NCBI GenBank assembly: GCA_965197925.1
Contig: CBDAOC010000020.1
Location: 128,001-192,000, forward strand
DNA: 64,000 bases
Source: Nitrososphaerales archaeon
Lineage (GTDB): Archaea; Thermoproteota; Nitrososphaeria; Nitrososphaerales; UBA213
Direction of reading: 5' to 3'
How positions within the stretch are numbered: the first letter of the stretch is position 1; each line of letters begins with the position of its first letter. A program made the translations under genes and the position numbers. The notes below the pieces were generated by a model. That model was not told the DNA's origin and did not search any database. It worked only from the letters and a program-made list of their open reading frames with translations. Shown here in pieces: positions 44,396 to 54,625 of the stretch.

Positions 44396-46306
44396 ATGGA
44401 GCTGAAGAAAAACAAGACAACCCCATCTGAATTAGGGCTGATGGTTGGAATAGAAATTCATCAACAACTAGCGGCGAGGGGTAAATTGTTTTGTGAATGT
44501 AAATTTGTGGAACAAGAAAAGTATAAATCAGAATTTGTAAGAAAGTTGAGACCCACAAAGAGTGAACTGGGGGAGTATGATCCAGCAGCTCTTTTTGAGT
44601 TTAGAATGGGTAATCAGATCAAATATCTTAGAAGTTCTACAGGAAGTTGTCTAGTAGAAGCAGATGAGGAACCGCCGCACAATGTGAACCATGAAGCTCT
44701 TGACACAGCCTTGATAATTGCATTATCACTAAAATCAAATGTAGTTGATGAAATTCACGTGATGCGTAAAATAGTTTTAGATGGCTCAAACACTAGTGGT
44801 TTTCAACGCACGATGTTAGTAGCAATGGGGGGTGAGATTCAAGTTGACAATAAAAAAATGGAGATACAAAGTATATCACTTGAGGAAGACGCAGCTCAAT
44901 TGATCTCTAAACATGATACAATGCGAACCTATAGACTAGATAGACTTGGAACTCCATTGATAGAGGTTACTTTCAAACCCACTACAGGAACTGCTGAAGA
45001 AATAATGAATGTGGCATTAGCGCTGGGCCGACTTATGCGTGCCAGTAGACGAGTTTCAAGGGGTTTGGGGACGATACGACAAGATGTTAACATATCAGTT
45101 GATTCCGGAGGTGTGGTAGAGGTTAAAGGTGTCCAGAAATTGGATCAACTAGTTGGTGTTATAGAGTATGAAATTAAACGACAACATTCTATGGTATTAA
45201 TAGCAAAAAAACTTGCGGAACGTAAAATCAAATCTGATGGCATTGGTGATCTATCACTTGATATTACTAGTATGTTCAAGAATTCTAGATCCAAAGCAAT
45301 CAAGAGAGCGCTAGATGATAATGGAATTGTACAGGTTATTAGGTTAAAGGCTTTTGGGAATATACTTTCATTTGAACCCTATCCTAACATTAGACTGGGT
45401 AAAGAATTTGGGGAACTTGTCAGGTTCTACGGTCTTGGTGGTGTATTCCATTCAGATGAGCTTCCTGCATATGGAATAAGCGACAGTGATGTAGAGGTTA
45501 TTCGACAAAGGTTATCTCTGGATGAAAGAGACGCATTTGTGATACTTGTAGGCAAAAGAGCAAATGTTGAGGCAGCTGGACGTGCTATCATAGATAGGGC
45601 AATAAACGCATTGGTTGGTGTTCCATCAGAGACCAGAGCGGCGACATATGATGGAGAGACTAAATATAGTAGACCTCGAGCTGGCTCAGCCAGAATGTAT
45701 CCTGAGACGGATATACCACCCTTACCTATAACAAAAGAGAAACTGGATCTGCTGAAAGGTTTGATTCCAAAGCCATGGAATACAATAATCAGTGAGTTAT
45801 GTACGAAATACGGCTTGAATGAAGTTTTGGCGAAGAAAATATTTGACTCTGAATATATAGATACCTTTGAGGAAATAGCTTCTGACTCAAAGACACAGCC
45901 AACCTTCATAGCGGCAACACTAGCAGAATCTTTAGTAAAGTTGGAAAGAGAAGGTCTAGATACTGACCTAATCACTGAAGATCTTATCAAAAATACCTTT
46001 ACTCTTGTTGATAAGGGTAATATTGCTAAAGAATCTGTTATATTGATATTTGAAAAGATGATAAAGAAAGAAGCCATATCATTAGATGATTCTATACAAA
46101 AACTTGGTTTGAAGACTATAAACGATGAAAGTATAGAACAAATATTGGATCAAATAGTTAAGGAGAACAAACAAATCATAGCTTCCAAGGGAATTGATGC
46201 TATTAGCTTACTGATGGGAAAGGCAATGAATATCTTGCGTGGGAGAGTAGACGGACTAAAGGTAAATACTTTGTTAAGGGAAAAGATCGAAAAAATTGCG
46301 GATTGA
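44396..46306 (+). CDS. gatE: Glu-tRNA(Gln) amidotransferase subunit E
   Basis: GIEIHQQL, DGSNTSGFQRT, RMYPETD. Confidence 0.95.
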   Translation: MELKKNKTTPSELGLMVGIEIHQQLAARGKLFCECKFVEQEKYKSEFVRKLRPTKSELGEYDPAALFEFRMGNQIKYLRSSTGSCLVEADEEPPHNVNHEALDTALIIALSLKSNVVDEIHVMRKIVLDGSNTSGFQRTMLVAMGGEIQVDNKKMEIQSISLEEDAAQLISKHDTMRTYRLDRLGTPLIEVTFKPTTGTAEEIMNVALALGRLMRASRRVSRGLGTIRQDVNISVDSGGVVEVKGVQKLDQLVGVIEYEIKRQHSMVLIAKKLAERKIKSDGIGDLSLDITSMFKNSRSKAIKRALDDNGIVQVIRLKAFGNILSFEPYPNIRLGKEFGELVRFYGLGGVFHSDELPAYGISDSDVEVIRQRLSLDERDAFVILVGKRANVEAAGRAIIDRAINALVGVPSETRAATYDGETKYSRPRAGSARMYPETDIPPLPITKEKLDLLKGLIPKPWNTIISELCTKYGLNEVLAKKIFDSEYIDTFEEIASDSKTQPTFIAATLAESLVKLEREGLDTDLITEDLIKNTFTLVDKGNIAKESVILIFEKMIKKEAISLDDSIQKLGLKTINDESIEQILDQIVKENKQIIASKGIDAISLLMGKAMNILRGRVDGLKVNTLLREKIEKIAD

Positions 46307-46357
46307 GGAAAAGATCGAAAAAAAGGTTTTATACATCTTTGTAACTCCAATTGTTAT

Positions 46358-46867
46358 ATGTCATCTAACAACGTTAAGATTAAGGTCAAGTTTGGTACTA
46401 ATGAAGTCGAGATTGAATCTCCTCTTGATTCTATCCATGATGCAGTTGATGCAATACCGAATATAATTAAGAATTTGGGGAGTAATGTAAGGATGGTTGA
46501 AGGTGTTAGGAAAGGGCTTACAGAACATATTGGTGGTATAGGGACAAGATCACAGATTGATATGCCAGAAATAAAGATAGACAAAGTCGATTCAATGAGC
46601 GATATAGTTGTGAAGATGTTCAAGAATTCTTGGGGGAGGCAGTCAAGGAAATTATCAGATGTTAGGCAAGCCCTTGACACATATGGATTATCATATCCGA
46701 AACAGTCTGTAGCAGTTACTCTCTTAAGGCTTGCTAAAAATGGCAAGTTGCGCCGTTACAAGGGAAGTGACGGAGATTTTCTGTATATAGCAGCCAACGC
46801 ATTATTGGGAGATGAACATTTAGTCGCTAGCGATGTGGTATCCGTGGATGCGCTTGAGGAACAATAG
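46358..46867 (+). CDS. Hypothetical protein, N-terminal beta-hairpin plus C-terminal winged helix
   Basis: VKIKVKFGTNEVEIE; SVAVTLLRLAKNGKLRRYK. Confidence 0.7.
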   Translation: MSSNNVKIKVKFGTNEVEIESPLDSIHDAVDAIPNIIKNLGSNVRMVEGVRKGLTEHIGGIGTRSQIDMPEIKIDKVDSMSDIVVKMFKNSWGRQSRKLSDVRQALDTYGLSYPKQSVAVTLLRLAKNGKLRRYKGSDGDFLYIAANALLGDEHLVASDVVSVDALEEQ

Positions 46868-46870
46868 GAA

Positions 46871-47386
46871 ATGTCAGAACTGCCGGAAAATGCCCAAGTC
46901 AATATTATCGTAACCTATGGCGAAACTACTGTAAAGTTTCATGGTGCTCCAGAGACCGTGATGGAATCTGTTTTGAGATTCATAGCAAAAGAAATCCCGG
47001 GCATTGAATTGGCAAAGAAGATTACTTTGAATTACCAAGTATCTGAATTAATTGATATGTATGCTGATTACATAAAGATCACCCCTGAAGGCCCGATTGT
47101 CATGAGTGAAGGAAAAAAATTAAGTGAAAAGGACCTTATTGGACTACAACTAGTTGCATACAAGCTAGCTAATGAATTAGGAAAGTCAGACAATAGTGAC
47201 ATGTCAGCACAAGATCTCCAGATTGCAACAGTACTAAATCCCAAATCAGTGAGTTCTAGGCTGAGTGAGCTTGTTAAATTGAGCTATGTTCAGAGAAGTA
47301 ATGACGAGAAAGGAGTAAGGTATAAAATGACTACCCAAGGTATATTTTGGTTGAATTCAACGCTGATGAAGAAAATCAAGGACTGA
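46871..47386 (+). CDS. Hypothetical winged-helix protein
   Basis: KSVSSRLSELVKLSYV...YKMTTQG. Confidence 0.7.
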   Translation: MSELPENAQVNIIVTYGETTVKFHGAPETVMESVLRFIAKEIPGIELAKKITLNYQVSELIDMYADYIKITPEGPIVMSEGKKLSEKDLIGLQLVAYKLANELGKSDNSDMSAQDLQIATVLNPKSVSSRLSELVKLSYVQRSNDEKGVRYKMTTQGIFWLNSTLMKKIKD

Positions 47387-47780
47387 CTTCGGGTGGTTTT
47401 TTTTGTACATATCTGTATGAACGCATAGTACCAGTTCTTGTCAGAATATTTTCTCTAACAAAATCTGTTAGCGAATGTGATACAGCCGTCCTGTCGTAAT
47501 TGTATCCACGTCTTGACAATTCTTCATGTACTTCTGCAAGACTTTTTTCAGCGATAAACCATCTCTCCATCCACAATGCTTCTATCAATCCTTTACAAGT
47601 CGCAGAACTATGTGGCTGTTGCTTCCTATCTAAGAGTGTATTTGTGCCTTCTTTAACCACGTTTTCCATACCAGATAAAAGATTTTCTACTACTTGCTTG
47701 ACTTTGCCCTCTGGGCAAGAGAATTCTATCTCCCACGAACCCTTTTTAAGTTTCACCTTCACTACTTCAGGATCACTCAT
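47376..47780 (-). CDS. Hypothetical winged-helix protein, apparently paralogous to 46358-46867
   Basis: VKVKLKKGSWEIEF; AVSHSLTDFVRENILTRTG...YRY. Confidence 0.7.
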   Translation of the reverse strand: MSDPEVVKVKLKKGSWEIEFSCPEGKVKQVVENLLSGMENVVKEGTNTLLDRKQQPHSSATCKGLIEALWMERWFIAEKSLAEVHEELSRRGYNYDRTAVSHSLTDFVRENILTRTGTMRSYRYVQKKPPEVSP

Positions 47781-47793
47781 ACTGACACCTTAT

Positions 47794-47874
47794 TATTGTT
47801 CATATTGTTCATATTGTTCATATTGTTCATATTGTTCATATTGTTCATATTGTTCATATTGTTCATATTGTTCA
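47794..47874. repeat. 9-bp perfect tandem repeat (TATTGTTCA), 9 copies
   Basis: Direct count; lies in a divergent intergenic region. Confidence 0.95.
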
Positions 47875-47979
47875 TGTTGCGCAATATTTATAGGCAACCT
47901 AAACTGTATATTGTTGAACAACATGCACATGCAATTAAACCTTGTTCCTTGGCTAGAAGTGATTGATCTTGGTCAGATA

Positions 47980-48936
47980 ATGTATAGATTTGAGGAAGTG
48001 GTAAACGCAACAATGAAACCAAAAATAGACAATTTATTTGGAAAGCAGGTTTTGTTTAGTTCCAGCGATAAGGAATTCTACCCAATGGAGGATTGGGGAC
48101 CGAAAAGTAATTTTTCGAATACAGTTAAGATAAAAGCGATACATGAAGCTACAAATGTTGCAGCAATAGACTCTAGCTGTGTGTTAATTGGTGAAACCTC
48201 AGAAGGTTCAATTTATTCTGCCAAGTGCTGCTTGGTTTTATCTTGCATTGGTAAATCTCTAATACATTTCAAGGTTGGACCTATGCTTTTTTACATAGAT
48301 AATGATATCAGCAAATCATCTATAATCGAAAAGAGATTATTGAATTTTGCTTTATTGGATCCTGCTACAACAAAAAGGATGATCAGGATCAGGATTGAGC
48401 GTATAATGCAAAATCAAATATCAAAATTGTTCAGTAATACGATTATACTTGTAGATGGTTCACTCAAAAGATCCTTATTTGAAGATGAACACAACGGATT
48501 CAATACCATATTACAAAATTGCAAAACATGGGGAAACCAGTTGGTTGGAATAAGTAAGACTACTAAACTAAAAGTTCTTGATAAATTTTCATCATCGTTG
48601 ATGCGAAGGAATGATGCTTGTTACATCGATGTTTCGTATATAGTAAAGAGATTGGTCAGTAATATTATAGGTAATTCTTTGCTTGCTAAACTCAGCCCTA
48701 ATGGATTAGCATTAAGGACAGATGTTTTAAATGACCCTAGTGAGGTATTAGGAAGATTAGTTACAAATGATGTTATTGTTAATGGTTATCCAGAAACACT
48801 AAGACTAGCGCATCATGTCTCAACATTCACAACGACGGAGATGACTTGTCTAAAAGGCCTAATACTTAGCAAGTTTGGAGCAAAAGAGATAATGTGTGAA
48901 GATGTAAGACGAACTTTATTAGGAACATTCCTGTGA
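47980..48936 (+). CDS. nurA: NurA-family nuclease (true start near 47959-47980, not 47500)
   Basis: AAIDSS, ILVDGSL, GISKTT, GYPETLRLAH. Confidence 0.8.
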   Translation: MYRFEEVVNATMKPKIDNLFGKQVLFSSSDKEFYPMEDWGPKSNFSNTVKIKAIHEATNVAAIDSSCVLIGETSEGSIYSAKCCLVLSCIGKSLIHFKVGPMLFYIDNDISKSSIIEKRLLNFALLDPATTKRMIRIRIERIMQNQISKLFSNTIILVDGSLKRSLFEDEHNGFNTILQNCKTWGNQLVGISKTTKLKVLDKFSSSLMRRNDACYIDVSYIVKRLVSNIIGNSLLAKLSPNGLALRTDVLNDPSEVLGRLVTNDVIVNGYPETLRLAHHVSTFTTTEMTCLKGLILSKFGAKEIMCEDVRRTLLGTFL

Positions 48937-50405
48937 GTCAAGTGAGAATATTCAACAAGGAAGGCAATGAATTATCTCTACTTGCAATAACAGAAGATGC
49001 TATAGAAAAAGGTGATTATCTCATTATCGAAGACAGAAAGACCAAACGTAGACTATTGGCTCAAGTGTACGAGATGGAGTATTTGAGCATACCAACGCTT
49101 TTACAGGATATCGTGAAAGAAGAAGTAGTAAACGCATCAAGTATAGAGGATAGCCACGATCCTCTGAATATAAGTTGCCTTTCTATGATGGTTAGAGACT
49201 CTAGATTGCTCAGATGTAAAATCAGGACGTCTCTACAAAATGGAAAATTGAGTAATGGTGTTTCATGGTTGCCGTCTAGGGTTGATTCGAAGATAAGTAA
49301 GTTGAAAATATCTGAACTTGATATTATATTGAGAAGAGGAGGTCTATTTCCTATACATATAGGCGAAACCAAAGATAATGAACAGTTTAGAATATATGGA
49401 GAAGAACTTGATGGAAATCTGAATGTAATAACAGGCAAAAAGGGATCGGGAAAATCACATCTTGCGAAAATGATTGTAAAGAAACTTACAGAGTATGGAG
49501 CTTTTGTTATAATCTTTGATCTTAACAATGAATATTCTGGACTTGCTTGGAATAGGGATGGTACTCCAAGCACCGTAAATGAACGTGTTATCATGTTAGA
49601 TCCTGGTAATGGCTTGCAATTTAGCTTAGACGATATAGGGAAAGGGGCTGTTACAACAATGCTAGAACACACATTGGACTTGCCTGCCGCATCAATGCGT
49701 GAATTCTTCAGAATTTGGGATCGGCTCAATGCAAGAAACTTGCTAGGTATAAAAAATTTGAGCAATGCAATAAACACCTGGGAAATGAACGAACTTGTAA
49801 GGGATGCTCTACTTTCTAGACTATATTCTATAGAATCCTCAAAGCTTTTTACAGATGATTACAAAAAATCATGCAGGCTTGAAGAGATAATTAAGAAACA
49901 TGATAACGGTGCTGCTCTAGTGGTTGGAATGGGTGAAACATCACCCATAGTAAGAAGAATGACTGTAGAACTTTTGCTCAGCAAACTCATAGAACTTTTG
50001 CAGGGTGGTAAAATTGCTCCTATATTCCTTTTTGCAGAGGAGGCACACCTTTATGTTCGCGACACCTACTGGGAAGATATCATAACTAGAATGAGACATT
50101 TCGGCCTTTATACAACATTCATAACCAATCAACCTGATGCTATCAGTGACGGTATATACAGACAGGTAGATAATATATTCCTGTTCAATTTTACAAATGA
50201 TTTTGATCTGGAAAGGATCTCCAAAGTGTCTGGTGCAGACACTGACACAATAAAGTCTATTGTAAGAACTTTACCACAAACAAATTGCTTAGTTATTGGC
50301 AAGGCAGTTCATGATCTACCAGTCGTGGTAAAGACTAATCCTGCAGAAGTATTAACTTTGGGAGAGACTAAACTATTTTTCAAGCACCTACAAGCCAAAA
50401 ACTAA
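48933..50405 (+). CDS. herA: HerA/FtsK-family ATPase (DUF87)
   Basis: TGKKGSGKS, FDLNNEY, FAEEAH, RMRHFG, TNQP; GTGA overlap with nurA. Confidence 0.85.
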   Translation: MSQVRIFNKEGNELSLLAITEDAIEKGDYLIIEDRKTKRRLLAQVYEMEYLSIPTLLQDIVKEEVVNASSIEDSHDPLNISCLSMMVRDSRLLRCKIRTSLQNGKLSNGVSWLPSRVDSKISKLKISELDIILRRGGLFPIHIGETKDNEQFRIYGEELDGNLNVITGKKGSGKSHLAKMIVKKLTEYGAFVIIFDLNNEYSGLAWNRDGTPSTVNERVIMLDPGNGLQFSLDDIGKGAVTTMLEHTLDLPAASMREFFRIWDRLNARNLLGIKNLSNAINTWEMNELVRDALLSRLYSIESSKLFTDDYKKSCRLEEIIKKHDNGAALVVGMGETSPIVRRMTVELLLSKLIELLQGGKIAPIFLFAEEAHLYVRDTYWEDIITRMRHFGLYTTFITNQPDAISDGIYRQVDNIFLFNFTNDFDLERISKVSGADTDTIKSIVRTLPQTNCLVIGKAVHDLPVVVKTNPAEVLTLGETKLFFKHLQAKN

Positions 50406-50409
50406 AAAA

Positions 50410-50754
50410 TTAAAGCGCGTCATTTCCTCTTTTCTTTGTTCCTATGTCTACAACATCCTCTACCGAGAAAATAAATATTTTTCCGTCACCCTTACTACCA
50501 GTACCAGCTGCATTTGTTATAGCGCTTATAACTGCTTCAACTTCAGAATCATCCACTACTGTCATTAAACTAGTTCTGGGATGAAATTCAGGAACGAACC
50601 GAGTCGTACCTCTTGATCCATGTATTGCTTCCCTTTGCCCAGCCCCTCTTCCTTTGCCATCTACAAACGTTATCCCACCTACCCCGATCTTCTTTAAGGC
50701 ATCGATTACTGCACTGCACTTCTCAGTAACAATCACAGCTTCAACCCTCTTCAT
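50410..50754 (-). CDS. glnB: P-II nitrogen regulatory protein
   Basis: GKGRG, TGSKGDGKIFI. Confidence 0.88.
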   Translation of the reverse strand: MKRVEAVIVTEKCSAVIDALKKIGVGGITFVDGKGRGAGQREAIHGSRGTTRFVPEFHPRTSLMTVVDDSEVEAVISAITNAAGTGSKGDGKIFIFSVEDVVDIGTKKRGNDAL

Positions 50755-51199
50755 AGTAGGTATAAATATATTAATTAATATAAGTCTTACAAAATAAATT
50801 AATAAAGTAATTTAATATATCCTTAATATCTTTATACGGTGTAATTAACATAAAAACTTGTGATTTGATGCTATCTACTGTTTACCTGCGCGGACGATAT
50901 GTTTGTGCAGTTGCCTGGTAACCAACCAGTCAGGATTGATGATCAGCGGGTGCTTGTATCTTTATCATAGGAATAAAAGAGACTGATAACTTTGTAAATC
51001 TAGACAATTTACTCGTTTAGGAATAGGTAGAATGGTGAATAAAAAGGGTTCCTAGTGAATTATAACAAATGTGATCATAATCAACCAACATCCTCTTGAA
51101 TATTTCTTCATAGTTGAATTAATTAGATTCATTCAACAATAGCAATTATACCAACCCAAAAATTTAATTAAACATAGACACAATTGTTCTTGTAGAAAA

Positions 51200-51604
51200 T
51201 TGTTTAGAAGAATAGGAGCTGTTATACTTCTAGTATCAGACATGCAACGGTCTATCGATTTTTATCAAAACATTCTTGAATTACCCTTGAAAAATAAATC
51301 ACATGAATGGGTGGAGTTCTTTAAAGATGGCACAACGATAGCTCTTCATCCTTTAAAGAAAAAACTACAAGAACATGCGAAATCGAAAATAGGTATATTG
51401 GTTGGTTTTATGGTTCATGACATGGATAAAACATGTGAGAAGTTAAAAGCAAAAAATGTAAAATTCATCAAAGAACCAAAGGATGAAGTGTTCGGAAAGC
51501 ATGCAATAATAGCAGATCCCGATGGGTATATGATATCCATAGCACAACTGACTTCAAAGAATGTAGAAGAAATAGATTTGTTTGGAGCTCTTGGGATAGA
51601 ATAA
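51200..51604 (+). CDS. VOC/glyoxalase family protein
   Basis: VSDMQRSIDFY...DPDG. Confidence 0.85.
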   Translation: MFRRIGAVILLVSDMQRSIDFYQNILELPLKNKSHEWVEFFKDGTTIALHPLKKKLQEHAKSKIGILVGFMVHDMDKTCEKLKAKNVKFIKEPKDEVFGKHAIIADPDGYMISIAQLTSKNVEEIDLFGALGIE

Positions 51605-51910
51605 AAAATGAATTAGCGTGTATTATTGTGAAACAACTAAAGGAGATAATAGAAATGAAAAAGATCCTTTCCAATTTTATATAAAGTCAAAGTCCAAATG
51701 AATTAGATTTTATTTTTGCAGACTATAATTAAATCTAGTGAACTATGTAGATGATGGATCGAACTATCTGTGGAAAAGAAAAAATCTTATTGACGAATTC
51801 TAGATTTATGCAAAAATTATTCAGATTGTGATAACACATTAGAAAGGGTTTTTGGTACCATTGGCATAAACCTGATAAAGGGTTGACTCTGGTTTTAGGC
51901 TAAAAAAATA

Positions 51911-52946
51911 ATGCCCAAAGTTGGAGAAGTTGTTTCCATTAAAAAATTAATAGGTGACATTAATACGGATGATCAGGGTACTATTATCGCGATTGAATCT
52001 GAAAGACCTTATCCGTATATAGTTAAGGTTAAAGACACCCAACTCATCTCAAAACCCTACAATACATCAAAAATGATGCAAGATTAACAAATGCCAGGTA
52101 GTTTTCTGCCGTTCTTTCATACCTGATTCTTGTTCTGTGAAATCCATTCTTGAGCCATGCAAGGAATCTCTCAACTACAAATCTTGTCTTGCTGTAATGT
52201 TTGTAATCATTATTTTGCAAGATGAACTTGGAATTTATTTTGTATGGGATGCAACATGCAATATTTCTATCCCACAAATACATTCTGATGTATTTTGCAT
52301 CATTTTGTCTGCATAAACTGGTTCTATCTGTTGTATTGAATCATCATCAAGATAGTCTGAAATTGATTCTATAACATCCATGCATTTTGTACTGTCATGT
52401 TCATTTGCTGGACTCAACAGTATGGATATTGGAAATCCGTTACCCTCTACTGCGGCATGTATTTTTGTACCTGTTATTCTCTTGAATCCATTATATCCAG
52501 TTACATTGCCCCTTTTTTATTAGGAATGGATGAAGAGTCAACTGATATTTTTTGTAGATTAATTTTGCCAGATTTATGTGCTGAGTGAATAGTACGCGAT
52601 AGAATCTTTTTCCAGATTCCTTTTTGTTGCCATTTGTTTAACCTTCTGTTTGCAGTAGAATCATCACCATATCTTTTTGGCATATCGTCCCATCGGCATC
52701 CAGTAGTTAGAACATGGATTATTCCGTTAATGATTTTTCTATCATAATCCCTAGGCCTGCCAGTTTTTGCATGTGGTGGTATGTGTGATTCCATCATACT
52801 CCACTGTTTGTCTGATAATTCTTGGAATTTCATAAAATAATTTTAGATGTCGCTATTCATAGATCTAAATGGCCGCTAAAAATTGTCTAAATGGTTAGTT
52901 TTGAGATGAGTTGACTGTATTCACTAAACTGGATGACTTCAATTAA
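51911..52946 (+). pseudogene. 53-aa SH3-like small protein split by an IS
   Basis: Joining 52039 to 52914 restores MPKVGEVVSIKKLIGDINTDDQGTIIAIESERPYPYIVKVKDT-TVFTKLDDFN*. Confidence 0.6.
52040..52913 (-). mobile_element. Second near-identical copy of the IS5 element at 20210-21093
   Basis: Same 16-bp terminal repeat; orfA 52501-52833; 4-nt deletion breaks orfB. Confidence 0.92.
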
Positions 52947-52995
52947 TTTGATGGTAAAACTAAGAAAAAATGACAATTTTTAATTGAATTAAACG

Positions 52996-53095
52996 TGCGG
53001 GAGGTGGGATTTGAACCCACGAACCCCTGAGAGACGAGGTTTCCCAAGGTATCTATCTGAGCCTCGCGCCTTTGACCATGCTTGGCAACTCCCGC
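52996..53095 (-). tRNA. tRNA-Leu(CAG) with 15-nt intron at 37/38 (53041-53055)
   Basis: Cloverleaf GCGGGAG...CUCCCGC with long variable arm; BHB CUCA[GA/U]AG-AUAC-CU UGGG[AA/A]. Confidence 0.93.
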
Positions 53096-53385
53096 AACTC
53101 AAAATGCTTTATCCTCCTAACATAATAGTATTTACAGAACACCATCAACTGGAGCCATAGTACTACTAAGACCAAATCATATATCTCTTTGACAATCAAA
53201 TATTATTTTATGTTTAGGACATTCATCCATAGGTCAAATCAGCAAGGCTTACTCTAGTAATTGCTATGACTGGTCCTTGTAGAGATCAATATTGTCTATT
53301 TAACTGCAATAGAAATTGAAAATTATATTGATTCTTGTTATTGAATAAAAAATGTAGAAAATTGAAGTGAAAAATCTATTAATCA

Positions 53386-53982
53386 TCATTTATCCATATT
53401 CAAGAAAGTTCTACATCTTGAACCTGTAGTCGAATTTTCGTGTAGATCTGAGATTATATTTATAGATTCAATTAGTTTTTTTATCCTGATTATCTTCCTG
53501 CTATTAACTTCTCTGTTCCAAGGTTGGTCATAAAGCAAAACATTACTACCCTTCGAAGCCATCCTCTCTACATTATGTGGTGAATCATCTATGAACACGT
53601 CATAATCCAATTTAGCCTTATCTCTTCCATCAAACACTGACACATATTCATTGAATTTAATACCATTGTGTTCTAGCCAATTGATCACATTATTCGTGCT
53701 TTCTTTATCCCTTGCAGTAACGATATCAACTCTACCTAGAGAATGAAGTCTATCTACAGCAGATGCAATGTCATTCTCAGTGGGGGGGACATCCTTCCAC
53801 CGCTCCCAGCTATTTGATAATTGGCGATAAAATTCATACTTGTCTAATCCAATCTTCCTCCAAAAGTCCCATTGGTTTATATCTTCCTTGTTTATTGATT
53901 TTTTATATTGTTTGTTATGATTTTCTATCCATGGGTGTATAATATCAGCCAACACACCGTCAAGATCTAACGCGATTTTCAT
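53386..53982 (-). CDS. HAD-family 5'(3')-nucleotidase (NT5C-like)
   Basis: DLDGVLAD, IVTAR, FIDDSP. Confidence 0.85.
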   Translation of the reverse strand: MKIALDLDGVLADIIHPWIENHNKQYKKSINKEDINQWDFWRKIGLDKYEFYRQLSNSWERWKDVPPTENDIASAVDRLHSLGRVDIVTARDKESTNNVINWLEHNGIKFNEYVSVFDGRDKAKLDYDVFIDDSPHNVERMASKGSNVLLYDQPWNREVNSRKIIRIKKLIESINIISDLHENSTTGSRCRTFLNMDK

Positions 53983-54625
53983 TTATATCATGTTGTATTA
54001 AACATATTTGAGGTTTACTCAAATATCATTTATTCGCCGTCATGCTTTCAGTCCTTCGTTTCAAAAGTTTGAGTACCATTTTTGAGTGTTAATGTAGCAT
54101 CGACTGATATATTACATCCTACAGAAATATCTCCTCATTTTCATTTCTTTGTATTTACCTTTTGATCGTATCATTGATGTATTTTTATTTTCAATGATCG
54201 TTATCCCTTTCCTTATTAACTCCAAGAATTTCTTCAACTACTCGACGCTCCTCATTTGAATTGGGGATATCAGCAGCTAGTCTTCATTTTTCTAAGGGAA
54301 ATCTTGCCGGACTTATCATAAACAAGCTATATAGTATCTTTTTCCCTTATAACATCTTCAATCAGGACTTGATGTTATTCGATAACCAAACACAAATCGT
54401 TTCCATTATGTAGGGACTGCTAAGGTGATCCGCGCTGTCTTACAAATTCCTTCGGTAACTTGCCCTTAAGTTTTCAAGGTCTTTTGGAACGTCCTTTCAA
54501 CCTCTTCATTATTTCTTCGATTTTATTGTGCCTTGGACTTCACCGTTCTAATGACTATTCTAAACCCGTTACCCATTCTGATAACAAATTAGATTAGAAC
54601 ATATCCAAAATTTTAATTTTAATTT

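Noticed and set aside
46278..46325. Direct repeat ggaaaagatcgaaaaaa at the gatE 3' end
   Set aside because: Short A-rich local duplication with nothing inserted between copies
47500..47979. N-terminal extension of the 478-aa ORF with YCS repeats
   Set aside because: Antisense to the 47376-47780 gene and kept open by the 9-bp repeat; NurA motifs start later
50860..50990. GC-richer intergenic patch with UGAUGA...CUGA (possible C/D sRNA)
   Set aside because: No convincing D'/C' boxes or identifiable target; may be a gene fragment
54020..54580. Purine-biased minus-strand stretch that looks like a decayed gene
   Set aside because: No continuous frame or recognisable motif that I could assign
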